A stretch of 64,000 nt of DNA from Candidatus Omnitrophota bacterium (GTDB taxonomy: Bacteria > Omnitrophota > Gorgyraeia > Zapsychrales > JANLHA01): positions 280,260 through 344,259 of the forward strand of contig JAKQKX010000045.1 in assembly GCA_029560465.1 (NCBI GenBank). The letters are read 5' to 3'. The notes beneath the pieces are model-generated. The model was given only the letters and a program-made list of their open reading frames with translations. It was not told the DNA's origin and ran no database searches. How positions within the stretch are numbered: the stretch's first letter is position 1; each line of letters opens with the position of its first letter. Positions 1 through 9,880 of this stretch are shown piece by piece. Both the position numbers and the translations under genes were made by a program.

Positions 1-581
1 AGGCATTTATGCCCGCGGGCCGACACGTTAACCGGGGAACTGTCAAAAAGATAATTAAAAATGGACACGTCATGCGGGGCCAGGTCCCACAGGGCGTTAA
101 CGTCATACCGGAACGGCCCGAGGTTGGTGCGTTCCGAATGGGCGTATTGAATCACGCCCATTTCCCCGGACGCGATGAGTTCTTTGAGGTAAGTGATCCC
201 TTTATTAAAAACAAACACATGGCCGACCATCAAAATCTTTTGTTTTTCCGCCGCGAGGTGCTTCAATTCCAGGCTCTCTTCCGGACGCAGGGTCAACGGC
301 TTTTCGCAGAAGACATGCTTCCCCGCCTGGATCGCCTCCTTTGTCAAAGCATAATGCGTGTTTGTGGGGGAAGACACGCATACCGCGTCTATTTCCGCGT
401 CGTTTAAAATATCGCGGTAATCTCCCGAAGCGATAACTTCCGGGTAAGCCCCCTGCACCGCTTTGCGCCGTTCTTCATTCAAATCCGCGCAGCGTTTAAC
501 TTTGGAATCCGGCAAACTGCTGAATATCCGGATATGATTCGGCCCCCAATGCCCGCACCCGATAACACCGAAAGTAACCAA
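1..581 (-). CDS. Gfo/Idh/MocA family NAD(P)-dependent oxidoreductase (3' end outside window; not in ORF track)
   Basis: Manual minus-strand translation from TTG at 581 (SD-like GAGGAGG upstream): FGVIGCGHWG Rossmann motif, GKHVFCEKP, LMVGH, WDLAPHD; frame open to the window edge. Confidence 0.9.
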   Translation of the reverse strand, partial: MVTFGVIGCGHWGPNHIRIFSSLPDSKVKRCADLNEERRKAVQGAYPEVIASGDYRDILNDAEIDAVCVSSPTNTHYALTKEAIQAGKHVFCEKPLTLRPEESLELKHLAAEKQKILMVGHVFVFNKGITYLKELIASGEMGVIQYAHSERTNLGPFRYDVNALWDLAPHDVSIFNYLFDSSPVNVSARGHKC

Positions 582-821
582 AACGCCCTCCTCTTTGAAA
601 AACTTTTATCCGTAACACCAGGATTTGCCCCGGCAGAAATTTTTTTTATTATACAAGCTCTCCCGGGACAGGGGAAGCTCTATTTTATTTTTCGCCGGTT
701 AAAAACACCGCAATGTTTTTAGAGTCAATGATTGAAAATGCCCTTCTTTATATTAAAATAAATGTCAACGGAAAAGGCGGGCGGCCTTTCAACCCAGATA
801 AGCCCCAAAATCATCCTGGCC

Positions 822-1271
822 ATGAAAACAAGACCCCGATGTTCACTGAAACAATGCGCATCCGCGCTGATTTTAACCATCGCCTGCGGGATGATCGCGT
901 TCAATATCCGAGATTATCATCGGACCTTTTCCCAAACGCGCCAGAAACGGCAGGACGTCCCCTACACGTTTCTGGGCATCCAGTTTTCAGGACTGCAGGA
1001 CATCCTCACCGGGACGGAAACGATCGGCTATCTGACGGATAAAGACCTGAACGCGCAACAGCATGCCATGCAATTCGCCCAGGCCCAGTTCATGCTGGCG
1101 CCGGTTATCCTGGACACGAATTTTTCCGGACACGAATACATCCTCCTGGACTGCTCCCGGCCAGACATCACCTGGGCCTTTATCAATAAATTCCGTCTTC
1201 AGCCGCTCAGAAGAAACCAGTTCGGGGTCGTCCTGGCACGGAACCCCCGCAGCGTAAAGGTTGCCTTTTAA
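822..1271 (+). CDS. Hypothetical membrane-anchored protein, probable partner of downstream GT-C protein
   Basis: N-terminal hydrophobic segment; stop is 3 nt before the next ATG; start 822 is a guess (ORF open from 762). Confidence 0.65.
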   Translation: MKTRPRCSLKQCASALILTIACGMIAFNIRDYHRTFSQTRQKRQDVPYTFLGIQFSGLQDILTGTETIGYLTDKDLNAQQHAMQFAQAQFMLAPVILDTNFSGHEYILLDCSRPDITWAFINKFRLQPLRRNQFGVVLARNPRSVKVAF

Positions 1272-1274
1272 ATC

Positions 1275-2639
1275 ATGAACTTTTTCGCTCTGATCCCTTT
1301 TATGATTTCCGCCATCTCCGGCTTCTGCCTCCTGGGCCTGGTTCTGCCCTGCCGCCATCCGAAAGACTTCCCGTGCCACGCGGTCTTATCCGCCGGGCTG
1401 GGGCTGGGGATCAGCGCCTTTCTAACCTGGACATGCTTTCTGCTCCTTCAGCAATTCCACAAAACATATCTTATCTCCTGTCATGTGGTCCTCCTCTTGG
1501 CCCTGCTGTATTTCTATAACAAAAAACCCCGGACGCTCCCTGGGCTCGACAAAAAAACCGCGCTCGATACTGCTTTGGCCGCCGTGTTATTAGCCATAAC
1601 CCTGACCGCAGCCTGGCATTTCGGGCAATTTTATCCCTTGGGCGGATGGGATGCCTGGCAAGTTTGGAACATCAAAGCGAAATTTTTATTCCTAGGCGGC
1701 GGCCACTGGAGGAATATGTTGCAGCCCTCCCTCTGGCAAACCAGCCCCCATTATCCATTACTCCTGCCGCTCATCAACGTGTGGGGCTGGACATTCCAGG
1801 AATCCGCTTCCCCCGTGACACCGTTTCTCACCGCCATAATATTCACAGGATTAACCGCCTTCCTGCCCTGGGCGATCCTGTATTCCTGGGGCGCGCGGCG
1901 GGGGGTTCCGCTTCTGCCCGCCCTGCTCCTGCTGACTCACCCATTTTTTATTACCCTAGGAACCAGCCAATACGCAGATATCCTTTTTGCCTTTTACCTC
2001 TTGGCCAGCCTGTTCTGCCTGCTCAAAAGCCTTGACCATGAACATGCGGGGTATGGAATCCTGGCTAGCCTGTTCTTAGGCATGCTTTCCTTCTCTAAGC
2101 CGGAAGGGACTTTGCTCGCCCTGCAAGCCTTCGCATCAACCGTGATCATGCAGATGATTCTTCCAAAAACCGCCGGCCAAAACACCGCCGCCCCCAGGCC
2201 GCCCTGGGGCGCATGGATCGCAATCTTCTGTTTAGCCCTGATCCCCACGATCATTTTTAACGTGTTTTATTCTCCCGGGAACCAGACTTTTATTAACGGA
2301 CTTTCCTCCAGCAGTCACCCGGCATCCCTCTTCCGGGTTAAAATGATCCTCGCTTTTCTCACAGTCGAATTGAAAAGCCCGAAATGGAACGGGATATGGA
2401 TATTTATCCTGTCAGGATTGCTTCTGCAGGCCCCAAAATGCTTTCAAGGCAAATGGCTTTTAATTCCGGTCGTTCTTCTGATTTATCTGTCCAGTGTCCT
2501 GTCATATTATTTCCTGAACACATACTTTAAAATCGACTGGTGGCTGCAAGTTTCCCTGCACCGGATCCTATTCACCCTCTTGCCCACATGCTTATTCTGG
2601 GTCTTTGGGCCCTTATGTTCTTCACGCCCCCGGCAATAA
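1275..2639 (+). CDS. Polytopic membrane glycosyltransferase, GT-C/ArnT/PMT-like
   Basis: About 12 hydrophobic segments; loop GWDAWQVWNIKAK...HYPLLLP and SKPEG motif typical of GT39/GT83-like proteins. Confidence 0.7.
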   Translation: MNFFALIPFMISAISGFCLLGLVLPCRHPKDFPCHAVLSAGLGLGISAFLTWTCFLLLQQFHKTYLISCHVVLLLALLYFYNKKPRTLPGLDKKTALDTALAAVLLAITLTAAWHFGQFYPLGGWDAWQVWNIKAKFLFLGGGHWRNMLQPSLWQTSPHYPLLLPLINVWGWTFQESASPVTPFLTAIIFTGLTAFLPWAILYSWGARRGVPLLPALLLLTHPFFITLGTSQYADILFAFYLLASLFCLLKSLDHEHAGYGILASLFLGMLSFSKPEGTLLALQAFASTVIMQMILPKTAGQNTAAPRPPWGAWIAIFCLALIPTIIFNVFYSPGNQTFINGLSSSSHPASLFRVKMILAFLTVELKSPKWNGIWIFILSGLLLQAPKCFQGKWLLIPVVLLIYLSSVLSYYFLNTYFKIDWWLQVSLHRILFTLLPTCLFWVFGPLCSSRPRQ

Positions 2640-2666
2640 AAAAGGGCAGAAAAAACTTTTCTGCCC
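2638..2666. terminator. Intrinsic terminator between convergent genes
   Basis: GGGCAGAAAA-aac-TTTTCTGCCC hairpin with adjacent A-tract (U-tract on minus strand). Confidence 0.7.
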
Positions 2667-2745
2667 AAAGTGCTTCACTTTAAAAACATCCTATACCGCT
2701 TAACACTTCATGAATGAGAGCCCTCGCCCCATCCAGGGGGATAGT

Positions 2746-3222
2746 TCACGGGCGCTCAATTTTCAAAATCTTGTATTTGAGCGTCCCGGCCGGGACCGGA
2801 ATCGCCAGTTCCTCTCCGGCCGCTTTCCCAAGCAGTCCTTTGCCGACCGGGGAAAAAATGGAAAGCTTGTTCTCTTCATAATTCGATTCTTCCGGGGACA
2901 CCATCATATACCGCAGTTCTTCCTGGGTGTCCAAGTCCAGGAGAGTCACAATAGCGCCAATATACACTTTATCCGCGGGGATATTCTGAGACTCGATAAT
3001 ACGGACGTTCGCCAGTTTGGCTTCCATTTCCGCAATCCGGGCTTCGCAATGCGCCTGGGCGTCCTTGGCCGCGTCGTATTCCGCGTTCTCCGACAAATCC
3101 CCCTGCAGGCGCGCTTCTCCGATAGCGCGAGAAATCCGCCGGCGCTCCACATTCTTCAAATGATCCAATTCCTGGATCATTTTCTCATATCCTGCTTTGG
3201 TTAAATACACTTCCTGAGCCAT
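2746..3222 (-). CDS. greA: Transcription elongation factor GreA
   Basis: AR-QGDLSENAEYDAAK motif; C-terminal SPVGKGLLGK. Confidence 0.97.
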   Translation of the reverse strand: MAQEVYLTKAGYEKMIQELDHLKNVERRRISRAIGEARLQGDLSENAEYDAAKDAQAHCEARIAEMEAKLANVRIIESQNIPADKVYIGAIVTLLDLDTQEELRYMMVSPEESNYEENKLSIFSPVGKGLLGKAAGEELAIPVPAGTLKYKILKIERP

Positions 3223-3318
3223 AACCACCCCCTCTTGCTGATTCCTGCCTCTGGGTTCCAGGGCTGTTCCGCCGCCAAGAAACCGGCAGGCATAAATTCT
3301 GAGGGCCCGACGGAAGAA

Positions 3319-3552
3319 CTACATATTTTCCACGGCCTTCATCATCACCGGGATAATTTCCTGGACCTCTTCCTTCGTCAAACGACCTAACTTCTGAAAA
3401 CGCCATTCGTCATTCTGTGCCCGCGACTCCCTGGACAATTGCAGTTTCTTGGTCCCGCCGTTATAAGAAAACACGCCGATGCTAATGCGCGTATCCCCGA
3501 ATTCTTTCATTTCCTTAAATGTCTCGATGTCCAGAGATTTTTCGTAAGGCAT
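3319..3552 (-). CDS. Small PC4/YdbC-like putative nucleic-acid-binding protein
   Basis: Strong SD (AAAGGAGGAG); pattern SYNGGTKKLQLSR...W...GRLTKEE resembles the PC4/YdbC fold. Confidence 0.6.
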   Translation of the reverse strand: MPYEKSLDIETFKEMKEFGDTRISIGVFSYNGGTKKLQLSRESRAQNDEWRFQKLGRLTKEEVQEIIPVMMKAVENM

Positions 3553-3637
3553 TGTCTCCTCCTTTGGTTTCCTTCTTTAAGTTTCAAATAAATTATCCGT
3601 TTTAATCTTCAAAAACCCGGCACGCCCCCCTGCGCCG

Positions 3638-3919
3638 TCACATCCCCGGCATCAGCGATGCCATCTTCTGCGCTGCCAGGTTTTGCGCCTTTTTAACCGC
3701 GGCGTTGACCGAACGTGTCAGGTCAGACTCTAGTTTTTCCTTATTCCCGCTTGTGAACAAATTCTCATCAATTTCAATCGAACGGAAATTTTGGGAACCC
3801 GTGACCGTGATCCTGATCCCCCTGACTTCCTCCACGTCGACGCACATCGCATCCAGTTCCTTCTTAATTTTATCCGCCTGCTTCTTCATTTCCATGAGCT
3901 GTTTCATTTTATCCAGCAT
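3638..3919 (-). CDS. YbaB/EbfC nucleoid-associated protein
   Basis: MKQLMEMKKQA...ITVTGSQ...IEID...VNAA pattern; SD AAGGAG. Confidence 0.85.
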   Translation of the reverse strand: MLDKMKQLMEMKKQADKIKKELDAMCVDVEEVRGIRITVTGSQNFRSIEIDENLFTSGNKEKLESDLTRSVNAAVKKAQNLAAQKMASLMPGM

Positions 3920-4011
3920 CAAAAACTCCTTTTCCACAAACCGGCTTATAAATATTAATACTCGCCCTTTATACTCTAAAACAGGCGTTTTTGCAAGCGC
4001 TAAAGAAAAAA

Positions 4012-4311
4012 CTACATTTTCATCCTCACGGCGATATCAACAAGCGTTTGAACGACAAAAGACTGAAGGAACATCGCCAGCAGAAGCGCGATCATGGGAG
4101 AGAGGTCAATCATCATCGACCCCGGCAAAAGCCGCCGGATCGGCATAAGAACGGGTTCTGTGGTTTGCACCAGGAACCGGACGATAGGATTAAACGGGTC
4201 AGGATTAACCCAGCTGATCAAGGCCCTCACAAAAATCAAAAACATCAAAAATGACAAAGCCATGTTGAGAATCTGCGCTACGGCATAGATGAAATTTCCA
4301 AGAACAAACAT
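4012..4311 (-). CDS. YggT family membrane protein
   Basis: RALISWVNPDPFNPIV...TEPVL-PIRR...IDLSP signature. Confidence 0.93.
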   Translation of the reverse strand: MFVLGNFIYAVAQILNMALSFLMFLIFVRALISWVNPDPFNPIVRFLVQTTEPVLMPIRRLLPGSMMIDLSPMIALLLAMFLQSFVVQTLVDIAVRMKM

Positions 4312-4341
4312 TCCCTTCAACCCCTTTCTTGGTATGGTCCC

Positions 4342-4938
4342 CTAAAAGATTTTAAACAAGTCCCCGTCAATGATGCGCTGCTCAATCCGGTTCAGCAGAC
4401 GGCGGACGGTGACGGAAAAGTCCCGGACATCCTGCGTGATCGTGTCGATCTTCCGGGAGGTTTCGAGCAAAGAACCCGCCGCCGCGTTGAAATTCTCCGC
4501 CAGGTCCTGAACATCCAAGGGATCAATCCCGACGATAGGTTTAGTCAGGTCTTCCCTGAAATAATGCGGATGTGTGGTGATCTCCATGACCTTCTCCCCC
4601 AAAACCCCTTCGGTGATGACGGCAAACCGGACACTCTTATGCAGTTGCTTCTCGTAACGTTTATAAAGGCTCAAAGACACCCGGACCCCCCGGCCTTCAA
4701 CCTCTTCATCGAGGAAATTGATCTTGGAAACGGTCCCAACGGTGACGCCCGAGACCCGCACCGGAGCCCCCTCCACCAGCCCCCCGATCCTCCGGAAAAG
4801 GACCGTCATTTCAAACCGGGTTTCCGTCAATCCTTTATCAAGCCCGATCATGAAGATCACACCCACGATCAACCCCACGCCGAGCAAGAAAAAGACGGCC
4901 GCCGCGAGTTTCCTGAATATATAATTATTCTCCATCAT
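4342..4938 (-). CDS. mlaD: MlaD/MCE family protein
   Basis: N-terminal TM; GGLVEGAPVRVSGVTVGTV; EGVLGEK. Confidence 0.9.
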   Translation of the reverse strand: MMENNYIFRKLAAAVFFLLGVGLIVGVIFMIGLDKGLTETRFEMTVLFRRIGGLVEGAPVRVSGVTVGTVSKINFLDEEVEGRGVRVSLSLYKRYEKQLHKSVRFAVITEGVLGEKVMEITTHPHYFREDLTKPIVGIDPLDVQDLAENFNAAAGSLLETSRKIDTITQDVRDFSVTVRRLLNRIEQRIIDGDLFKIF

Positions 4939-4984
4939 CCCCTCCCGAAGGTTAAATTAACATCTTGGAGCAGGTCTGGCAACA

Positions 4985-5701
4985 TCAAGTCAAGAATTCT
5001 TGGATGAACGCGTCCTGGGAAGATTTCATGTCGTCCGGGGTCCCCCGGGCGACAATGCGCCCCTTCCGCAACAAAATCATCCGGTCGGCAATCCGCAAAG
5101 AATTTTCCATATCATGCGAGGCGACCACTGTTGTGCATTTTAAGTCCCGGCAAAGGCCGTGAATCAAGTTGGAAATTTCCCGGCTTTTAATCGGATCAAG
5201 CCCCGAAGTGGGCTCATCACATAATAGTATTTTAGAATCCAAAATAACCGCCCGGGCCAGGGCCGCCCGTTTTCTCATCCCACCGCTTAATTCCGCCGGG
5301 TACTTCGCCAGGGCGCCGGCCAACCCGACCTGCGTCAGGATTTTCGTGACCTTCTCAACCGTTTCCCGGCGCTTCAAAGCCGTATGTTCTTTTAGAGGAA
5401 ACGCGACATTTTCATAGACCGTCATAAAATCATACAAGGCCCCGTCCTGGAACAAATACCCGATATCCCTCCGGATCCCCAGCAATTTCCTCTCCGGTAA
5501 CGGCACAATGTCCTTCCCGTTCACACGGATCGTTCCTTGATCCGGCTTAAGGATGCCGATCAGGTGCTTGAGCAACACGCTCTTGCCGGACCCGCTTTCC
5601 CCGAGGATGACCAGGATTTCCCCGTCCGATATGCTGAAGGACAAATCCTCCAGCACGGGCTGGCCGTTAAAACTCTTCGAAAGATGTTCAACCTCAATCA
5701 T
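4985..5701 (-). CDS. mlaF: Mla ABC transporter ATP-binding subunit
   Basis: Walker A GESGSGKS, LSGGMRKR signature, CDEPTSGLDP. Confidence 0.92.
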   Translation of the reverse strand: MIEVEHLSKSFNGQPVLEDLSFSISDGEILVILGESGSGKSVLLKHLIGILKPDQGTIRVNGKDIVPLPERKLLGIRRDIGYLFQDGALYDFMTVYENVAFPLKEHTALKRRETVEKVTKILTQVGLAGALAKYPAELSGGMRKRAALARAVILDSKILLCDEPTSGLDPIKSREISNLIHGLCRDLKCTTVVASHDMENSLRIADRMILLRKGRIVARGTPDDMKSSQDAFIQEFLT

Positions 5702-6041
5702 TCAGGTCTCGCTTCTTAAAAACTCTAAATTTGTTTTTCCCGAATTTCGTGTACAAAGCCCGGAAAGGCCTCACATCAACCTTGTCGACAAAGATCTGCA
5801 CCCCTTGACATTCCCCCAACAAAAGCACTTCCGAATCCAGTAAAACATCAATGGCGTCCTGGGGATACCATACCCCATCCTCAAATTCCATCGGCTCGCC
5901 GTCGCGGATCCATTTCGCTTCCTGGGCCGGAATATTATAAACCGACAGCTGCCCGGTATTTCCCTGGACGTTTGAGGAACACCCCGCGCCACCGACCAAC
6001 AGGATGAGACCGCAGATCAACATAAAATTTTTCTTTTTCAC
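5694..6041 (-). CDS. Uncharacterised lipoprotein inside the mla operon
   Basis: GTG start at 6041 with SD AAAGGAGG; KKK n-region, hydrophobic h-region, lipobox-like GAGC; overlaps mlaF start. Confidence 0.75.
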   Translation of the reverse strand: MKKKNFMLICGLILLVGGAGCSSNVQGNTGQLSVYNIPAQEAKWIRDGEPMEFEDGVWYPQDAIDVLLDSEVLLLGECQGVQIFVDKVDVRPFRALYTKFGKNKFRVFKKRDLND

Positions 6042-6058
6042 CGGACAGCCCTCCTTTG

Positions 6059-6832
6059 TCAGCCCCAAAAAGCCAGGATGATCTTTGTTAAGACCGTATT
6101 GGAAAGGACAACAAACATATAAGAATACGCCACGGCCCGCGTGGTATACCGCCCCACACCCAAGGAGCCGCCCGTGGTCCGATAGCCCTGGTAACAACAC
6201 ACCCAGGACACGATCACGGCGAAAAATACCGTTTTAATAAATCCGCTGAAGAAATCCACAAAATGGACCGCCCGCAGCGTTTGATGGATGTACGTTGAGC
6301 TCGGGATATTCGCGTCCATGACCCCGATCATATACCCGCCGGCGATCCCGATCACTTCCGAGAACACGACCAAAACCGGAAGGACGGCCATGCTCGCCAG
6401 CATGCGCGGAAGGACAAGGTACGCCACCGGATCAACGCCCATCGTTCTGGTCGCGAGGATCTGGTCATTGACATTCATCGTTCCCAGTTCCGCCGCCATC
6501 CGCGCCCCGGCTTTGCCTGAAAAAATAAAAGACGTGAAAACCGGGCTGAGCTCCCGCACCAAGGACAGGACCACCAGATGAGCCACATATTCCTTGGTCC
6601 CGAAACGGTTCAACATGACATACCCCTGAAGGGCCAAGACGGCCCCGCAGGCGAAAGAAGTCATCCCGACGATAACAATCGACTGGATGCCTTGCTCATA
6701 AATCTGTTTTAAAAGTTCACCCCAGCGCACGCGCCCGGTCAGGATGTAGGCAAACACCTCCCCCAGGAAGAACAGGGCGTTTCCGATCTCGATAAGAAAC
6801 TCATACAATTTATTGAGGCTCTTGAGAATCAT
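6059..6832 (-). CDS. mlaE: MlaE family ABC permease
   Basis: RELSPV...GKAGA-MAAELGTM...QI-A...MGVDP...PR; VGRYTTRAV. Confidence 0.93.
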   Translation of the reverse strand: MILKSLNKLYEFLIEIGNALFFLGEVFAYILTGRVRWGELLKQIYEQGIQSIVIVGMTSFACGAVLALQGYVMLNRFGTKEYVAHLVVLSLVRELSPVFTSFIFSGKAGARMAAELGTMNVNDQILATRTMGVDPVAYLVLPRMLASMAVLPVLVVFSEVIGIAGGYMIGVMDANIPSSTYIHQTLRAVHFVDFFSGFIKTVFFAVIVSWVCCYQGYRTTGGSLGVGRYTTRAVAYSYMFVVLSNTVLTKIILAFWG

Positions 6833-7328
6833 GTTTCCGCTTGCGTGGCTTCAGCCATATCCGGCTGAGCTCATCGGTAATCCGCATTTCCTGAACCCGG
6901 GAGATACGCTTCTCCGGATTCCGGGGGGCCGGTCCCGGTGCCGGTTGAGGATCCACCCGGGCGTGCCAAAAATCCTGAACGCTCAAAACCCCCGCCCCTA
7001 ACGAACGGACATAATACTGAATGGCCCTGTCATCCGTCACCACGACCGTCGACTTCCTGGCCCCGGCATGCCCGACCATCTGCTTAATCTTTTCATCCGC
7101 CGATTGGCCGCAGGAAAAGACCACCTTCACCGGCCCGGGGTGCGGGAACGGCCCCACACCGGCCTGCCCGTCAAAAACCACCGTAACCGTGTTATGCACA
7201 CTCCCCTGCGGCCTCCGTGTTTCCAGGACAGCGATCAGTTTCCGGCGGCCCGCTTCCAAAGGCAGTTCGGCCAGGGCATCACTGTTCTTAATAATATTGT
7301 ATCCGTCCAGAATAAAATGTAACGCCAT
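6810..7328 (-). CDS. NYN/YacP-like PIN-domain nuclease
   Basis: ILDGYN, VVFDG, SADE-I, VVTDDR acidic motifs. Confidence 0.88.
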   Translation of the reverse strand: MALHFILDGYNIIKNSDALAELPLEAGRRKLIAVLETRRPQGSVHNTVTVVFDGQAGVGPFPHPGPVKVVFSCGQSADEKIKQMVGHAGARKSTVVVTDDRAIQYYVRSLGAGVLSVQDFWHARVDPQPAPGPAPRNPEKRISRVQEMRITDELSRIWLKPRKRKHDSQEPQ

Positions 7329-7418
7329 TATAAATAATAATTAACGCCCTTTTGACTTTTCACTATCAGAAGAATCCCTGTCTGATGCCCCTGTAACACT
7401 TAATTTGTCAGGATCTCG

Positions 7419-8402
7419 CTAACTTATATTGGGTGTCACGACAGGGATATCGGGGCGAGGATCTTTCGTCAACATGTATACCGCGCCCCCCAACAGCCCG
7501 CACAGGACCATCATTAAATAATTCAACAAACTGACGCTCATCGCGATCCCAGGCTCAACCCCGACCTTCGCGAACAGGTAAACAGCCGCGGCTTCCCGCG
7601 CCCCCAAACCTCCGACGGAAGGGAACGTTGAGGCAAAACAGGTAAACGGGACAAAGACAAGGAAATAAATCAAGGGGATATCCTGATGAAGGCTTTTGGC
7701 CAGGATGAACCAGGCAAAGGACAATGACGAATGCGCAATCGATGAGATAAAGATGGCTTTCAGGTTTGTTATTTTTCCGTCCTTCAATAAAACGATATCG
7801 TAATGCATGTTCATCAGCCCCTTTTGCAGTCGGGGAAAAACCTGAAACGCGCGGCAGCAAAAAGAATAAATCTTTTCGTTGGAAATAATGAACGCTGTGC
7901 CCCCAGAAACGCCGGCGACAATAATAATAAGGGCCAAGAGGGACATATCCTGAAGGAGATGGTAGCCGGCGAAGAAAGCAACCGTGGAAACCGTGACCAT
8001 GGACGCGAAACCACTCAACCGGTCCAGGACAACCGAGGCCACCACTTTGGCCTTCCCCTGCCGTTTATGGCAAAGCCCCATGGTCTTGATCACATCGCCT
8101 CCGATGGCGCTGGGCAGGAACAAATTGCCGAATAATCCAATAGAAAAATAACGGGTCAGGCGGAGGAAAGAAGCGTCTATACGAAGCGCCCGCACATAAA
8201 TAAGCCAGCGGATGAGGATCATCCCGTTAATCAGGTTAAATATGAAAAAAGCCAGGAGCATATACCCCATATCAGCAGACTTCACGATGGCAACGGTCGT
8301 TTCCACATCAATCTGGTTATAAAGATAAATCAGCAACACCCCGCTGATCAGGTAACGGCTGACGGCAATAAGCAAATTTTTAGTCTTTTCTGGCAGCGCC
8401 AT
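7419..8402 (-). CDS. Lysylphosphatidylglycerol-synthase TM / flippase-like protein (UPF0104)
   Basis: RW...FGNLFLPSAIGGD...DR...PSVGGLGARE motifs. Confidence 0.88.
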   Translation of the reverse strand: MALPEKTKNLLIAVSRYLISGVLLIYLYNQIDVETTVAIVKSADMGYMLLAFFIFNLINGMILIRWLIYVRALRIDASFLRLTRYFSIGLFGNLFLPSAIGGDVIKTMGLCHKRQGKAKVVASVVLDRLSGFASMVTVSTVAFFAGYHLLQDMSLLALIIIVAGVSGGTAFIISNEKIYSFCCRAFQVFPRLQKGLMNMHYDIVLLKDGKITNLKAIFISSIAHSSLSFAWFILAKSLHQDIPLIYFLVFVPFTCFASTFPSVGGLGAREAAAVYLFAKVGVEPGIAMSVSLLNYLMMVLCGLLGGAVYMLTKDPRPDIPVVTPNIS

Positions 8403-9336
8403 AAACAGCGACCTTTCTGTCAGCCCGGGGGGAAGACAGGGCTCCCGCCCACCGGCCACAATAGTCATTAAAAGACTCTTCCGCTAAAAACGAGCTCCGA
8501 ACCAGCGGGCCACTCTGAACGGTTTTAATCCCTCTTCCCAGCGCGTCCTCTTTCATGAGCAAAAATTCTTCCGGCTCCACAAAGCGCGCGACCGGAAAGT
8601 GCGCGCTGTCCCGGTGCGGCGCCAGGTACTGGCCGATCGTAAGGATATCACACCCGGCCCGGGCCAAATCTTCAAACGCGGCGGATAATTCCGCCCGGCT
8701 TTCCCCCATGCCGACCATGATCCCGGACTTCACCGCCAGGGCCGGCGATGCTTGCTTGGCTTGCCGCAGGATATCCAGCGACCGGGCATAATCAGCGCGC
8801 GGCCGGACCAACGCATAAAGCCGCGGGACTGTTTCAAGATTGTGGCCAAGCACATCCGGCACGCTCCGCACAACAGTTTCCAAGCTCGCCCGGTTTCCAC
8901 CGAAATCAGGGATCAAAAGTTCGATGCGCACCCCCGGGCAAGCGGCCCGGATGGCCAAAACTGTCCGGCTAAAGTGTCCCGCTCCGCCATCAGGGAGGTC
9001 ATCCCGGGTGACCGAAGTGACAACCACGTAACGTAAGTTCAAATGCTTTACGGCTTGCGCTAACCGAAAAGGCTCTTGCGGGGATACAATTTCCGGGACC
9101 CCCTTTTTGACCGCGCAAAACCGGCAGCCCCGGGTGCACTTCTCCCCTAAAATCATAAATGTGGCAGTGCCTTTCCCCCAGCATCGCCCTAGATTGGGGC
9201 AACGCGCGCCTTCACATACCGTGTGCAGGCGATGCCGCCTCAACACATTTTTTAGATGAGATATTTTGTCCGGTTCCGGGACAGGCTGCCGGAACCACGG
9301 AGGTAAACAAACTGGCTGAAAGAAAGCCGGGCGCAT
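8380..9336 (-). CDS. lipA: Lipoyl synthase
   Basis: CEGARCPNLGRC, CTRGCRFC, HNLETV, GQYL-P, VRSS motifs. Confidence 0.96.
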   Translation of the reverse strand: MRPAFFQPVCLPPWFRQPVPEPDKISHLKNVLRRHRLHTVCEGARCPNLGRCWGKGTATFMILGEKCTRGCRFCAVKKGVPEIVSPQEPFRLAQAVKHLNLRYVVVTSVTRDDLPDGGAGHFSRTVLAIRAACPGVRIELLIPDFGGNRASLETVVRSVPDVLGHNLETVPRLYALVRPRADYARSLDILRQAKQASPALAVKSGIMVGMGESRAELSAAFEDLARAGCDILTIGQYLAPHRDSAHFPVARFVEPEEFLLMKEDALGRGIKTVQSGPLVRSSFLAEESFNDYCGRWAGALSSPRADRKVAVYGAARKD

Positions 9337-9342
9337 AAAGGT

Positions 9343-9849
9343 TTATTCTTCCTTTTCCGGCAGCTTTTCCAGCTTCTTTTTCAAACGGCCTCTTTCCCGC
9401 CAGGACGCGTAATCAAGAATCAGCTTCCCGTTCAAATGGTCATTTTCGTGCATAAACACCCTGGCCATGAGGTCAAACAAATCCTGCTCCACCTCTTGAT
9501 TATTCTCATCCTTATAACGAACCCGGATTTCCTTGGGTCTCTTCACGTTAACCGTGACGCCCGGCACGGAAAGGCACCCCTCCTCCTGCCATTCTGATCC
9601 GGCGCGCTTGATGATCCGGGGATTGATCACCACCACCGGCCCCAGGCCGATATCCACCACAAAAATCTGCTGATTGATCCCCACCTGAGGGGCCGCCAGG
9701 CCAACGCCTTTTTCTTGATGCATTTTCTCAATCATCGCTTCGATGAGAACCCTCTCTGAAGGGCCGATCTCGCCGATCGGCTCTGATTTCTGGCGCAGGC
9801 ACACATTCCCGCAATAGCGCATCTTCAGCAACGGCTTCACGTCAAACAC
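9343..9849 (-). CDS. def: Peptide deformylase
   Basis: GVGLAAPQVG, EGCLS, HENDHL; GTG start with SD. Confidence 0.96.
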   Translation of the reverse strand: MFDVKPLLKMRYCGNVCLRQKSEPIGEIGPSERVLIEAMIEKMHQEKGVGLAAPQVGINQQIFVVDIGLGPVVVINPRIIKRAGSEWQEEGCLSVPGVTVNVKRPKEIRVRYKDENNQEVEQDLFDLMARVFMHENDHLNGKLILDYASWRERGRLKKKLEKLPEKEE

Positions 9850-9880
9850 TTTCGTCCTCCCTCCCGGGGTAACGGTCCGG

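Noticed and set aside
9-407. Plus-strand ORF here, and long antisense ORFs elsewhere (e.g. 13643-14608, 23207-24394, 60994-61920)
   Set aside because: Shadow ORFs opposite well-supported genes
8380-8468. lipA C-terminal extension overlapping the flippase ORF
   Set aside because: With the SD-supported start at 8402 the overlap is only 23 nt; no evidence for recoding
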